DNA of 64,000 bases from Paragordius varius (Eukaryota; Animalia; Nematomorpha), in the NCBI GenBank assembly GCA_964247055.1, contig OZ176051.1:7564001-7628000 (forward strand), in the 5' to 3' direction. Each line of letters starts with the position of its first letter. Within the stretch, counting starts at the first letter, position 1. The notes under the pieces are model-generated. The model was not told where the DNA came from, ran no database searches, and was given only the letters and a program-made list of their open reading frames with translations. Below are positions 12,535 through 26,770 of this stretch, in pieces. A program made the position numbers and the translations under genes.

Positions 12535-15500
12535 TATTATGTTATTTATAATTTAAATTAAAATATCTGCTAGATCTTTATTAATGGATAAAGTAAAACA
12601 AAAAAATTTTTGTTGATAAAATAATAAACACATTTTATATTATTTATATCAATTCTGAGGTGATATAATTTTTTCGTATTATCGATATCATAGAAAGGTT
12701 TAAATGTTTTAAATGTTTTTCGACCGTTTGGCCCTGCTTTTTACGGTTTAAATTTTGCTAAAAATTTAATTTTTCATCAAAGTGTGCTTTTTAAAAAATA
12801 AATTCTTATAATGTCATAATCAACCATTAAATTTTTTATAGTAAATCTCGGCATTTTGCGTTTATTTGGGAACATCCGATTTTAGCAGGAATTTAGAGTC
12901 CACATCGAAGTTAATAATGTTAGGCTTTTAAAACTTAGATTTAAATATATTTATGAGATAGTTTTGGAATATAACGTCTAGCTTTTACAGAAAAAATACT
13001 TGGAATAATTGCGCAAATTGTGATAATGAGTTGGACTACCCAAATATAAACAATTTTCTTAAGGACGCGTAAGGCCGTATTCAAAAACACCATGAGAATC
13101 CTGATGAATTTATCTCACCGATAATATCTAATACAAAATATTTCCCGTGTCTGTAAATGTATCCCTATTTTGAGGGTGGTTTAGGTTTTATTAGAGATTT
13201 AGATTTATTACCATTTTTATTAACTGCCTAACGAAAAATCACAAATATTTAGAACATAATGATAAATAAAAAAGTTTGCTATGATCCATTTCAAATAATA
13301 ACATAGAAATATATTATACACTATATAAAAAGTAAATTCATATATATTCGATGTGGTCTCGGAAAGACTCATTGGCCTTCTCTACAATGGGCAATATTCT
13401 TTTTTATACCGATGTCTGTTATAAAAATTTGTTGAACTGGACCAATCAGTTAATTTAATTTCAAACTAAGTGTTCAATTATCAAAACAAAAAGTTGAAAA
13501 GAAGAGAATTCGCTGTCAAACATAATCAAATGCTTTTAAAGTTGATTAATTTTAAGTTATAACCAAAACTGCATTCATACGTATGCGAGAAAGAAAATAA
13601 ATCTGTTTAATAAAAATATTTAAACTTTTGTGCTCATTGCTTTATATGCAAAAATCTTAAATCAGTGCATATTGAGCTAAATATCAATCATAATTAAAGT
13701 TTTTAAGGAAGAGTAATTGCTGAAATACATAATATATATTGTAAATTAAATATGCGGTTTATTAGCGTTTAATTATGTATGAAAAAAAATATCAATAAAA
13801 CATTCTTAATGTTTTAAGATTGTCATAACACATTATTTGTCAAGCGGATATTATATTTATAAGGTCTTAGTGTTTTGTATTAAAATATTAAATAAAAATC
13901 TGAATAAGCGCATTTATTAATTGCATAATATTTTAATACGTTTTTGGCTTCTTTAATTTTTTACACAACTTTTGCCTTTGATAAATAATATGTTTTTATT
14001 TAATAAAACACTTTAATCCCATAATTTATCACAATTTACCGTAAAATATTAATTTTAATAAATATATTCTGGGATGGGAATCACTTATTTTCACATTGTC
14101 TCAAATATTCAGAAAAATAAGTGTGGCTTAAAAACAATCAAAACTCAATGGCCTTTCCATTCCATTATGCTAAATTACGAGAAATAAGCTTTTTTTTCTA
14201 AGTCAAATGTGAATTATCTAAATATCGTAAATTTAGAGAAACCGGATTACAATTAATATAACCATTTCTCTTTTTTGTTGGATAATAATCGAGCCGTTTT
14301 TCGCCGATGGGTAAGTCAAAGCAAGATAAAAGCAAAATGCATACCATTTAAATTGAATGTAGTAATAAATATCAAGTAATCAAAAGAAATTTTTTCATTA
14401 TTTAAGAAATATAATGATTGCATTGCAAAACCAATTATTTATTTGTTTACTTAAAAATAATCTAAAATTATTTCGTTTTGGTTATCAAAATATAAATCTT
14501 AAAAACATATTATTTTAAAACAAGTTATATAGTGATATAAATTTTGATTCCTCATATTGAAGCTAATACTAATATGTTAAAATATAGTTCTGAATGATTT
14601 CGATTCCATGTTCTTAAAGGATTTATTTGTTTTGATCAGTGATATTACATCTGCACATCCAACATTCACACTCATCACGATACCATTCCGCAATCAAGCA
14701 AGGACAAGTGACCATTGGGCATGCTTAATTGACAGAAAAATAATATTATATTTGCCTTCTAAAATCATTTGAGCCTTTACACCGATGATAAAATCTGTAT
14801 TCGGTTCAAAAACTTTATAAAAGTTAGTTATCCGATATCATGCTTATATTTGAAGATTAAAATTAGTTTCTAGAGAAACCATTTTTGGAGAGAAGCCGCG
14901 GCTCCTTTTTATAAATTCAAACCCGGTTTCGTTTCTATGATTTTTAAACTGGTCTCGTTAATATATTTATAGAGAGATAAACAATCAAAATAAATAAAAA
15001 TTTAATGTTATTGTCTATGAATACTTGAACATAGGATCGGTGCTTTGGTGATTTCTTCACTATTAACTCGTGTGTGAGATATAACAAGCGAAATCAAAAT
15101 AACGCTAACTGTAAATTGAATAAGATTAAAGGCCATTATAATGAAATAATATGAAGTGATTTTGAATAGGTAGTGTTGCACATATATACACCTTTTATCA
15201 AAACCGACTAAGATAAGAGTAATATCTATTGGATTAAGTATTAAATATACTATATCTACTTTGAAATATAAGATATAGATATTATAAACATGTCAAGATA
15301 CAAAGCGTGTAAAGTTTAATGATACATTGACATATAATTAACTTTGTAAACCATTTAATTAAAACAGGACCTGGGATCTTAACACAGTTAGACTATTTTA
15401 TAGAGCAATGGTTTTAGAACTATAATCAAAACTTAGACTAATACAGTATTAACACCTTAAAACCGACCCATATAATTGTTGGACTAGTTATGCAACTCCA

Positions 15501-16757
15501 TAGATTATTAACACAGCTCAAATTCTTAAAAAAATATATTTAAATTTGTGTAGTTCACCAATATCCTATGAATTTATGATATTACTTCGCGTATATACAG
15601 TATATAAAACTCTCGGCAAATTTTTTGAAATGAGATAGCTTATAATCAGCCACATAGTTTTTGAAACATTAAAAAAAATTCAAAATGGCCAAAAAGTAAT
15701 ATTAAGGATAATTAAAAGGAGGATAAAGTTTGAGACATTAATATTTAGTAGTCATCTTCTCAGATGTTTACAAATGAATATAATTAGGGTTTTTATAAAT
15801 CTCAGATTAATAATTGTTTTTCATTTAACAACTTAGACAAAAAAATTTTTACTATCTCAAAATATTTTTTTAATTATTTACTAGCTAGGCTCACTTTAAT
15901 TTAACATCCACAGTTTATACAGTAAAAATAACTTACATATCAAAATAATAAATTATGGTTTTTTATTTTTCATTTTTTTGTCATCCGGTTTATGAGTTTA
16001 TAATAACTTTAATGATTAATTTAGAACATAAGCAGGAAGTTTATAAATTACAAATTGGTTGCTAGTACTAGAATATCAACCAAATATCCGTACAACAGTA
16101 AAAGTATAATTTGTAAAAAACAAACTTGTTACTGGGATCTCTACGGATTGTTGGTTAATATTTTACTGCTTGCATATCCTATAATATACTTTATAGCTCT
16201 AAAATTCCGATATATAACAGTAAATTTATCATACACTCATAAAACAGAGGACAGAAATATGAAAAATAAAAAACAATATGTACTAATTTTATTTTGATAT
16301 ATAAATTATTTTTTGAATAAAATATGAATGTTAAGAGTTTAATAGTGGGTTTAGCTAGTAAATTAAAAAAATTTTAAATATAGTTTCGCAAAATTTGTAT
16401 GTTCAAAAAGAAAAACACGATTTTATGATCTGTAATTTTATAAAAACCTAACTCTATGATTTTGCTATTTATAATTTAAAATATCGGATAATAAATCTAT
16501 TCAAGTTTTATCATTATTTTTTTGATTATTCTCAATTTTAACTTTTTGATCAATTTCTATTTTCTCTCAATATTTTAAAAACTAGGTCGTCAACAAAGAA
16601 AAACTTTTGCGGCAAATGAATTCGCAGGTTATAGCCACATGGAAAAAAAATTGTTAAAAAGGAATCTTATTTGCACACAGGTTTAACGGCATACGTCTCC
16701 ATTTTAATTTAAATACAGAAGGCATGATTTGTATTAAAGTGGTAAAGCAATTATATG

Positions 16758-17032
16758 CCATTTACAGTTCAAATTCACATTGGAACAATTCAGATTCACC
16801 CTGAAAGTATTGTGTGTATAAGATTAAAAACTACCTATATTTTTCTATATTTTTAAAAAATTAAATTACGTATAAAATTAATATAATTTGAAAAATAACT
16901 ATGCCATAAGAATATTTTTCTTATTATTGATGAGCTATATTAGCCCGAAAACACATAATTTATTTTTAGGGTGAATTTTAATTGTTCAAGGGTGAATTTG
17001 AATTGTCGAGGGTGAACTTGAATTGTAAATGG
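16758..17032. mobile_element. MITE family A, copy 2
   Basis: CCATTTACAGTTCAAATTCAC...GGGTGAACTTGAATTGTAAATGG, with 21-bp subterminal repeats. Confidence 0.85.
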
Positions 17033-17698
17033 TGTATAATTAATGGATACTATATTAATATATAATTTACGCAGACTAATAAACAAATTTGTGATATAGA
17101 GTTGAACAATATATTCGGCATGCTTTATCCATAAATTTTAGATTTCATAATATATGGTGGTTATGCTATTGTATGAGCTCAAACAAAAGCTATCAAATAA
17201 TTCACTCTTTGTCCCTCACTCCCCTGTTTTCCCACGTTTGTATAAAAAAATGGTTTTTGGCTTAATTTTTTAATTTTTATCAATTTTTGTAGTTAAGTTT
17301 TGCCATCGGGTGCGGTATCTGGTATCATTTCATTTTATTTCTATTCTGTTTGAAGATCAGTTTAAGGGCATAAATTATTCAAATAAACAACTTTGTTATT
17401 AATTTTAGTAATATTTATTTTGACGGAGCGATTTTTAATTAAAAAACTGATATAACTATTGGGGTGAAACAAGTTGCATATTATTTATTGTATTTAACCG
17501 TTGTTCGAAATTTAATTAATAATAGTTATATTGAAAAAATTTGATAATTATTTCTATTTCCCACAAAATTACAGTTTTTAGGCATATAATATATAAATAT
17601 ATATAATATATATTAAGTGAGTATAATATAAGTATTTTTGGAATGGGTAACATTATTTCTGTCTTATATTTAAATTTATTTTCCAGTATCAAGAAGCA

Positions 17699-20600
17699 AT
17701 GAAGATTCTAAATTTTATAAGTATTTATTTTGAATAAATAGTATTTATACAGCAAAACATTAATCCATCATTCGCATTATTTAATCGATTGCCAGAAAAT
17801 CTAATTCATTAGTGTAATTTAATTTATAATTGAGACAACACTTAAATCTTCTTACATTTTAACTAATTTTTATAATGAAAGAAAACGACAATATTTTTTC
17901 CTTTTTAACAAAGTATAGTATATTTAAAATCTATGATGACTAAATTAGTTATCACAAACATATCCACAAACAGCGAAGCATGGCCCTCTAATATTGATCT
18001 CTTTATTAAAATTTATATTATGCTATTAGGTTATTTCAAAACAGCTCGATTTATTTTGGCACTTCTGGGGTTTCTGGGTTTCGTTATGGTATTTGCTCTT
18101 CGGGCAAACCTTAGTGTTGCAATTATTACAATGGTCAATACAACTGCTCATTCTAACCCCAAAACGCAGTCATATTGCGCTAACAAAAATGCTTCAAAAA
18201 CAGCACAACCGAAACAAAGGAGCGTTCGAAAAAATATTATAGTAAATGCATTTAACAAATATTTAAAAACTATTAATACTGATTCAAAACCATATAATTT
18301 TTTCTAAAAATTTAGGAAAATCTGGTTATTATCTAGTGTTAATTTACTTTTCATGCTCAATTAAATAACCTTCTGACCGATTAAAAATATGCTTTTTAAC
18401 AAAATGGTGCTTCTATTTAAAACTCAATTTAAAAAGTATTTACATATAGCTCAATATTATAATCGATATTCAATTTTTGCAGATAGGTGAATTCAATTGG
18501 GATGCCGCTGTTCAAGGGTATGTCCTTGCTGCCTTTTATTATGGTTATACGATTACTCAAATCCCGGGTGGTTGGTTAACTACCATAAGTGCAAAATATA
18601 CCGTTGGCTTAGGGATACTTTGGACAGCTATCCTTACCCTATTTACCCCTATGGCTGCGAGGATGAGCCCATGGGCCCTTTTTGTATTACGATTTTTTCA
18701 GGGATTAGGACAGGTTTGATTAACATACATATGTATTTGACCCTATTATAATGACCTTTATCCCTCATAATGAGCCCTTTTAAATAAATTGCGTCTATTT
18801 CCTAATTTGTTCATGCTGATAATCGTAAAGTTTTACAAATATAGATTTAAGTCCTAGTTTCACCCTACCTATTATTCCAGGGGCTGGCAACGCACGGTCT
18901 GCGGCCGGCGGCCCAAATAATTATATCTAATTTTGGATAGATTCTTTATATAAAAATGTATTTTTTGTTCGAATAATAAGATTTTTGAAACAATTTTTAT
19001 AAATACATAATTTATAATTTTATAATCATTCATTATCCAGTTTTTCTTAAATGTTTGGCACACTGATTTTTTTACCAAAAGGGCCAGCCATACGCCGATT
19101 TCTGTATAAGTTTAAGTGTGTTTTGCATAATAATGAATCAAAGGAATTTTAAAATAGCTTATAATGAAACTTAAAATTAATTGAAGTTTTGTTAAAAGAG
19201 TGAAATTTAATTTTTATCAAAAAAGGGTCATGATGCAGTTATTTAACCATGTACTTTTTCCATCTGGACATTTCAGACGGGGTTCACGATGTATAATATT
19301 TTGATTGTACTAAAAGGGTGTAATATCTCCAGCCCTACATGCCATGTTATCAAAATGGGCGCCACCCCTAGAACGAAGTCAGTTGGTAGCTTTTACATAC
19401 GCGGGTATTTCAAATTACAAGTTTTTAGGTGTCCCTATGGGAAATGTAATAGCATATCCTCTGTGTGGCTGGTTAAGTCTGAATGGTTTCGCTGGAGGCT
19501 GGCCCTCTGTTTTTTACGTTACCGGTTAGTTTTTACTAGTAATCTATATATACCATACGTGAACTTGCAAAATGTTTCCAAATTATATTAGCTATATCAA
19601 ATTGGGTTTTTGTTTACACTTGCATTTTTCTATGACATAATATAAAAAATTAATTATACAATTTTTTGTAAATACTATCCCATACAATATGTCATTAAAA
19701 CGATTCTAGGTTTATATGTACGCAAGTATTCCAACTTTTGTTTTTATCTTAATATAAAAAAACACCATTTCATTTTTTGCTATTTTAATATCTTAAACCT
19801 AGTATTTTTTGTAATTTCGAATTGTATTGATTTTATTAATGTCAATTGTAAACTGAAATATATATAAACAGGGATTATGGGGTGCATTTGGTTTATATTG
19901 TGGGTGTTTTTTGTTTATGAAACGCCTCAACAACATCCCAGAATCTCGCATAAAGAATTAGAGTACCTAATAAAAACCGTGCCGGCTCTCCCAAAAAGGG
20001 TAATCATCTGTTTTATTTATTTAAGAAACACGATTTCCTATGTATTGTAACAATATTACTCGGTTATGAATGCATTTGTCTATAACCGCATATTAAAATA
20101 ACCAGTCAAAATTTTTGAAACAAATGTTTAAAAGGAAATAATAAAACTAGTTGTTATAAAACACTGTTTATTTTATAATATTATATATATGTATGTAATA
20201 AATTGCATTCATAAATAGTTATAGCGGTCATTTTTTTTCAACGTCGAAAACCTAAATAGTTACCAAACAACATATATGCACAATAAATATATTCAACTTT
20301 ATAAGCGTAAAAGCAAATTTATATCGATTCGGGCTATTAATAACTGATGATTTTTTTATTCTCGTTTAGAAAATACTTCAATGATATAAAATAAAGGCAA
20401 AAAATAGGGTTTCAAGCCATGTAATATTGATTTACTTTTGATTATATAATTAATACTGAACAACTATTTTTGTTTATACATTTACTTTTAAGAAACATGT
20501 TCCATGGCTAAAAATTTTTACTTCCCTCCCGTTTTGGGCTATCGCTGCTGCTCATTTTGCCTATAATTGGGGTCTTTACACTTGGATAACTGTTATGCCG

Positions 20601-21498
20601 ACTTTCTACAAGCAAGTACTGGGATTGGATGCCGAAACTGTAATTAACTGTTTTTCCTAATCTCAAATTTCAATTTTATTCTTTTTTTTTCTAATTTATT
20701 CATGCTAGATTGGATTTTATTCAGCTTTGCCTTTCATCACACAATGGATATTTGTTGCCATTTCAGGACCTATTGCTGATTATTTTAGGTCTCAGGGATA
20801 TCGAACCAGATCCGTCCGTCGATTTTTTAACACAACCGGTAATTTACCTTAAAGGAAAAAAAATATATTGTATATGCCATTTTTTATATAAAATTCCATT
20901 TTTATTTACAAGGTTTGGTCATCCCTGCTATATTACATTATGCTGTTGGTTTTGTGAAATGTAATATTCCATTGACCATAACTCTGGTAACATTGAGTTC
21001 TGGTATAATGGGTATGACTTTTGCCAGCTTTTTTGTCAGTCACCTAGATATATCTCCCAGATATGCAGGTTTCTATATAATATACCAAACATTTTTATAT
21101 TTTTTTAACAACTTACATATATATGAAGTTTTCCCTTTTTTATACGTATCCAATTTTTTAACTATTTGAGAGATCAAAAAGGTGTGATAAAATTTGAAAA
21201 AAACTATTTCATATTTTTTTCAGGAGTGTTGATGGGGTTAACAAACACGCTGGCCACTCTGCCTGGAGTTATTTCTCCATCCATTACAGCTTTGATCATT
21301 AAAGATCAGGTACTCCCCGATTTCACAAATAAAAATTGGTATAAAAAATAATTTATTTTTTTAATTATTGTATAGCCGGATTTAGAGCATTGGAGAACAG
21401 TATTTTTAGTCGGTTCATGCATCTACATAATAGGTGCCGTGATTTATTATGCCTTCATTTCTGACGAAGAACAAAAATGGTCGCGTGAAATTCAATAA
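17699..21498 (+). CDS. SLC17 family (sialin / vesicular anion transporter-like) MFS transporter
   Basis: Exons ~18030-18222, 18483-18713, 19317-19404, 19429-19524, 19872-19999, 20493-20639, 20709-20838, 20913-21068, 21224-21309 and 21376-21498. Motifs ARFILA...ALRANLSVAI, GEFNWD...QGYVLAAFYYGYTITQIPGG, KWAPPLERS, PQQHPRIS, HLDISPRYAG and W..VF. The 5' start is uncertain (17699 is a candidate ATG). Confidence 0.92.
18878..19104. mobile_element. hAT (Charlie-like) MITE in an SLC17 intron
   Basis: Left end CAGGGGCTGGCAAC followed by GC-rich GCGGCCGGCGGCCC; right end GGGCCAGCC...GCCGATTTCTG. No clear TSD. Confidence 0.5.
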
Positions 21499-21586
21499 AA
21501 TTATTGCAAACATAATTATAGTTAGTTAGTATAATAATATAATATATATATCCTTTATAAAACAATCAAATTATTATTATTAAAAT

Positions 21587-24500
21587 TTATTTAGTGGTAG
21601 AAAATTGGTCCGGGGTCGAAATTTGTGGAGAATCATTCACTAAAAATGTATGATGTTGATTATGAGTATTTAAATCGTTCAACATTTCAGATTCTCCTTG
21701 GTTAATACTGCTGCTTGCATTGGGTGCAAGTATCAAAGGCATCCAAATCATACCGGGAGGCGGTGGAGGCAAATATTTAAATGGCAATGTAAAATCTGTG
21801 TGGACACTAAATGTGAAAAAATGCGAAAAATTTTAATTTCGAACCAAGTATTTAATTTTCCCAAAAAAGGGTAAATTATGGCTTAGCTTTTGACCATTTT
21901 AATTAACTAACATAATAGATATATCTTTAAAAAAAAATTAATGCAAAAAACCAATACATAAAACATAGCCATTTATCTCGTTTGAAATTATTTGAAAAAA
22001 AACCAGACGATAGATCTATTTTAAAAATTTAAAAAACGTTATCGAAAACCTGACGCCTTGATTCTGACAAGTAACTTTCTGATCTATAAAGCCATTAACA
22101 CCATTTTGCAATGCATGATGTCCATTTTCAAGGTTGTATTGAATATAATTTAAGTGTTGGTTCAATTGGAATCCGGGATACGCATGAGAATGCATATCTA
22201 GGGACGGAAAACTATTTTGAGCATTGTGACCAATGGTTAAGTTATTGAATGAATTAGAAAGCGTATCAAAATCGCCTGGGAGTTTAAATTTGTCAATCAT
22301 GGTTTCATTATTCATCTCCTTCTAAATCAAATTAATATTTAGTTTAACAACGATTTTAATTTCTTATGACTTAAGTTCATAATTTTATGAAGGCAAAATG
22401 CTCCTAGGTTATCGCTAAAAGAAAGATAATTAAATATTAAACCGCTTCCTCAGCGTTATGGAACCCATTGTGAGGATGATGACCATTGCTACTTGACTCC
22501 CCATTTTCGTAGCCAAGATTCAAAGCTTTTTCATTCATTTCTCTGGGTTGTTTTTTACGGCGGACAAGCGTTCCGTTAGATGCATTAAGTTGTTCAAATT
22601 TCCCTCCATTTTCACCTCTAAAAGGTTGTAAAATGCAATTATCAATAATCATTGTTTTCAAATGTGAACTAATGAAATTACCTAGTTAACCAAAATTTAT
22701 CATTGTTTGGGGCATGACAGACTTCTTCGTTACGGTAATTACCAGTGGTCTTAGGGCCCATGTAAAGGCCCTTGTTACCATACCTACGTCTGTTTCGTTT
22801 TATCAAGTGATCAGCATTCGCCGTCACCAAATTGAGTTGCATGGGACATGGATATAATTGATCCGTTTTAACTGTAAATCTATAGGAACGGAAAAATACC
22901 ACTGTTAAAATGTATGAATTTTTCGCAATAAAGTATTTTATAATTTAATATCTTAAATTAAGTACGGTCGCTCCCTTTCCCCTCCCACAAAAATAATAGT
23001 CCCTCAATCAAAAAATAACCCTTTTGAACAGCGCTCTTTCCAACATATGGCTTCCTGTGCAGGCATTTAGCACCGCCATCAATTATACTTTGCCAATTTC
23101 TCACATTGCACCGATGATTAACATTTACAAAACGTGTGTTTACTTTGTTTTTTACAAATCAATAAATTGCAAAACAAATTATATATATTTGTAATCTAAT
23201 TCACCATAGCTATTATTATATTTGCATTAAAACATACTTTTTCCCCAACTCCTCAATAAACACTAAAATAGCTTCTGGTTGACCACCCTTCCCCCCATGA
23301 CAATTTTCCCGGATAATTTCTTGTATGTTAGCCATGAAATATGATGGTGATGATGATACATTTGTACATATAATGTTATTCATGTCAGTACTTTTCCAAT
23401 CTTGTTCATTCAATTTGACTAAACACGGGTCCCCGGGTGAATAATCGAAATGGAGCACAGCTTTTAACTGAATCTTTTGATTATCTAAATAAAATATTTT
23501 TGGTGTTGATCAATAAATAAATGCTTGTGCTTTTAAATGAAAAACTAGCATTGTTAGTTTTTATCGACGTACAGAGTAATAAACAATTTTAACCAAGACA
23601 CAGGCTAATTGTATATATTATATTTATATATATATATATATATATACCATTTACAGTTTAAATTCACCCTTAAACAATTTAAATTCACCCTCGAACAATT
23701 CAAATTCACCCTCAAATAAATAACATGTTTTTTAAGATTAAAAATTACCTATATTTTAATATATTTTTAAAAAATAAAATTTTGTTTTAAATTAAAATAA
23801 TATTGAAAAAAATAATTAATTATGCCAAAAAGATATATTTTATATTAATAATGATTTATATTAGTTCGAAAACACATAATTTATTTTTAGGGTGAATTTG
23901 AATTGTTTGAGGGTGAAATTGAATTGTTTAAGGGTGAATTTGAACTGTAAATGGTATATATTAATTGTGGCCATATTTTTTTCTATAAGGAAGCTATCAT
24001 TTACAGACTTATTAAAGACTATTTAATAAATCAAGCGGCCGGTTTTATCATTTTTTGAGAGATTTTAAATGATTATTATTAAATTGTTTTTCCATCAATA
24101 AAACAAAAAAGTATTGATTTTTAACCTGTCAATGCATTGAATTATAGGTTGCTGGTAGATAAGCTTATAATGGTACATTCAAATTTTTAATAAATTTAAA
24201 AGCAATCAGGAAAACATAATTTTTTATACACCTATATCTACAGATTAAATAGTTATCACGAATGTTGACTGCAATAAGTGATAAAACCAGTTATTAGACT
24301 AAGCAAAACTTGGATTTTAATTTCACGATAAAAAGGTTTGACAAAATAAACACTTCCATATCTCAAAATATTAAATAAACCTCGTTTCGCATCAAACCAC
24401 GCATCTAAACCGACATTTCTAAAAATGTAGGGATCCAAAGATTTCAGCATTTTCAGTGGTATGGAAAATGTTCGTGAATACTTTCGCAAAATATTTTCCT

Positions 24501-26770
24501 AAAAAATAAACCATATATGTTAGGTTTACCCGGCGAGAAGCGATGTACGTGTAATCGTCAATGTTGGAATAGTAGAGTTCATTTTTACTTTCGGGCGAAG
24601 AGCTGTTATACAACATAGTAATTAATTTTTACCTTAAATAATATATATAATTTTCGACAAATGCTTAATTATATATAAATTAGATTTTAAAATTAGCACT
24701 TTTAAACTTACTGAAATGGACAGAAGCATTAAATAACGTAACTATATTTGTATTTAGTAGTATAAAATTTTTGTTACGTTACAGTTTTATAACCTTTGAC
24801 AATTTTAAGGGCATTTAGGTGAAGGATTCCCAACAAGCATTGGTTTTTAGTTAAATTTTAATGTAGTTCCAATTTCAGGGTTACATTAAATATAATATTT
24901 ATAAGTGTCAAAAATTATTATATTTAAAAGAAATTGTTCGCTCTCTTATACTTTTGACTCGTACTGTCCGTTAAGTGTTTTATATATCCATTGCTTTCGG
25001 TACTGCTGCTCCCCTTATTGTTGGCATGATAGTCAATGTAAGTTGTCGCATTATACTCCGATGAACAAATAATGGCATCCAGTTGGGATTGAATGTGCTT
25101 ATCAAATTCGTAAAAATAACCAAACACATTCTTGTACAACAATTCATACAACATGGCTATGTTTTAACCAAAATTAAATATGTAAATGCATTCATTATCT
25201 TTACAGGTTTATGATGGAACTATTATGAAAATGTGTGTTTAATTAAATTTTTAACTAAAAAATTAATATGAATAGTAAAAATTGGTAAAATCTTTTAATA
25301 TTTGAATAAAGAGATCTAAAAAGTAAGCAAAAAACTAGATTATGCAAATGATAAAAATTGATAAAAATATTTATAAAAGACTGTTTTACCAGGTTTCTTT
25401 TATACACTGATAAAATATATAAATGGGAGCAAAATTACAAATAGAAGCAAATATTGGTATATTGTTTTAGTATAAATTAAAATGGTCCGCCTTATTGATT
25501 AACCGGAATAGGCAAACCCGTTATAGTTTTGGTTCCAGTTACGAATAAACTGTCTTTGGTTTTTCGGCTCCAAATAATTATTTGAAAAAAACTATATTTT
25601 CAGACCAGACTCCGATATCGATTCAATGAAATTTTTCAGTCAAAGGTAATTCCTGGTTCTTTTGTGAAAATCAGGGTTCTATTGTACTCTTTTATAAATT
25701 ATATTCTTTTAATTTACAGATATGTGCATTAGCCGCAAAATAAAAAATTTTGGTATATTTTACCATGCTTTAAAAAATCACATATACTCTTTAAACCAAT
25801 ATGGAAAATCGGATTGGTAACATTGTATCCATTAATAAATGACGAATTTGAATATCAAATCACATCTTTAAGAAAAAACGGTCCCGAACAGTATTAAATT
25901 TTTTGTTCCAAAATGTTGTCAAGCTTCCGGTTCCGATTCTAATCCCTAATCGATTCCGTACTCAAATGATAGGCTTAGTAAAAAAAGTATAAAAAATGAT
26001 TTAACTTCGTCGCAAAACTAACCATATAATAAATACCATATTACCTTGGATAAATCCGCTAGTTTTGTAATAGCTAACAGGGTAGGCGCAGTCGAAATGG
26101 GTATTATTTGAGGTGCAAATAGAAAACTAGTAATTATTATATTATGAATATGTAACAAACTTTGAGTGAATCCGTATGATTTGGCACTTCACATTCAATG
26201 ATATTTAATGATGTTTCCTTGATATTGTATACATAAACACTTGTTCGCCACAAATGGGATATCGTTTGTAATATCACATCTATATTCCAACGTTTAAGAT
26301 TCTAAGAAAATAAAATTTAAAGGGTGTTAATTCGTCAGTGATAGTCTGTAGTGAAAAAAATTGCATTCTGCAAAAAAAAATTTGAGATAGAAAAGAATTA
26401 TCTTAAATATATTAGTTACCAATATTTTATGAAATATATGATGCAAAATACCATAGATTTTATAGATTTTTTTAAAATAAACATAACAAATATCATGCGG
26501 GCCGACAATTTTAATAATTATATAAAAAACTATAATTTTAAATATTAAAATATAAAAAAAATGGTTTATTTAGAAAATAATATTACCGTTTCATTTAAGA
26601 AGAGGGAAACCTCGTGATAAACTTTGTCATAAAATATTTGACTTCCATAAATCTATAATTAGTAGAATTGGATGATTACTAACTTGTTCAGATATTGCGC
26701 GAAAAAGGCAAAACGAATCCTTTGGAATATTTTTTTTAATTAAGCCAAGAGTTAAAAGATAATTATCCAT
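21587..26770 (-). CDS. OTUD4: OTUD4/ALG13/Otu-like OTU deubiquitinase + Tudor-like domain + low-complexity Pro/Asn/His-rich tail
   Basis: MDNYLLTLGLIKKNIPKDSFCLFRAISEQ (26770-26684), CTSNNTHFDCAYP (His loop, ~26126-26080), MLYELLYKNVF, IPLKMLKSLDPYIFRNVGLDAWFDAKR and YSPGDPCLV...ANIQE...VFIEELGKK match OTUD4/ALG13. A further 5' exon may exist upstream. Confidence 0.85.
23647..23954. mobile_element. MITE family A, copy 3 (inserted at the end of a (TA)n tract)
   Basis: (TA)n-CCATTTACAGTTTAAATTCACCC...GGGTGAATTTGAACTGTAAATGG-TATATA, with three 21-bp repeats per end. Lies in an OTUD4-like intron. Confidence 0.92.

Noticed and set aside
13290-16300. Scattered GC-richer patches and an 80-aa ORF (16055-16297) as possible exons or retroelement remnants
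   Set aside because: No consistent exon chain or recognisable domain could be built by hand.
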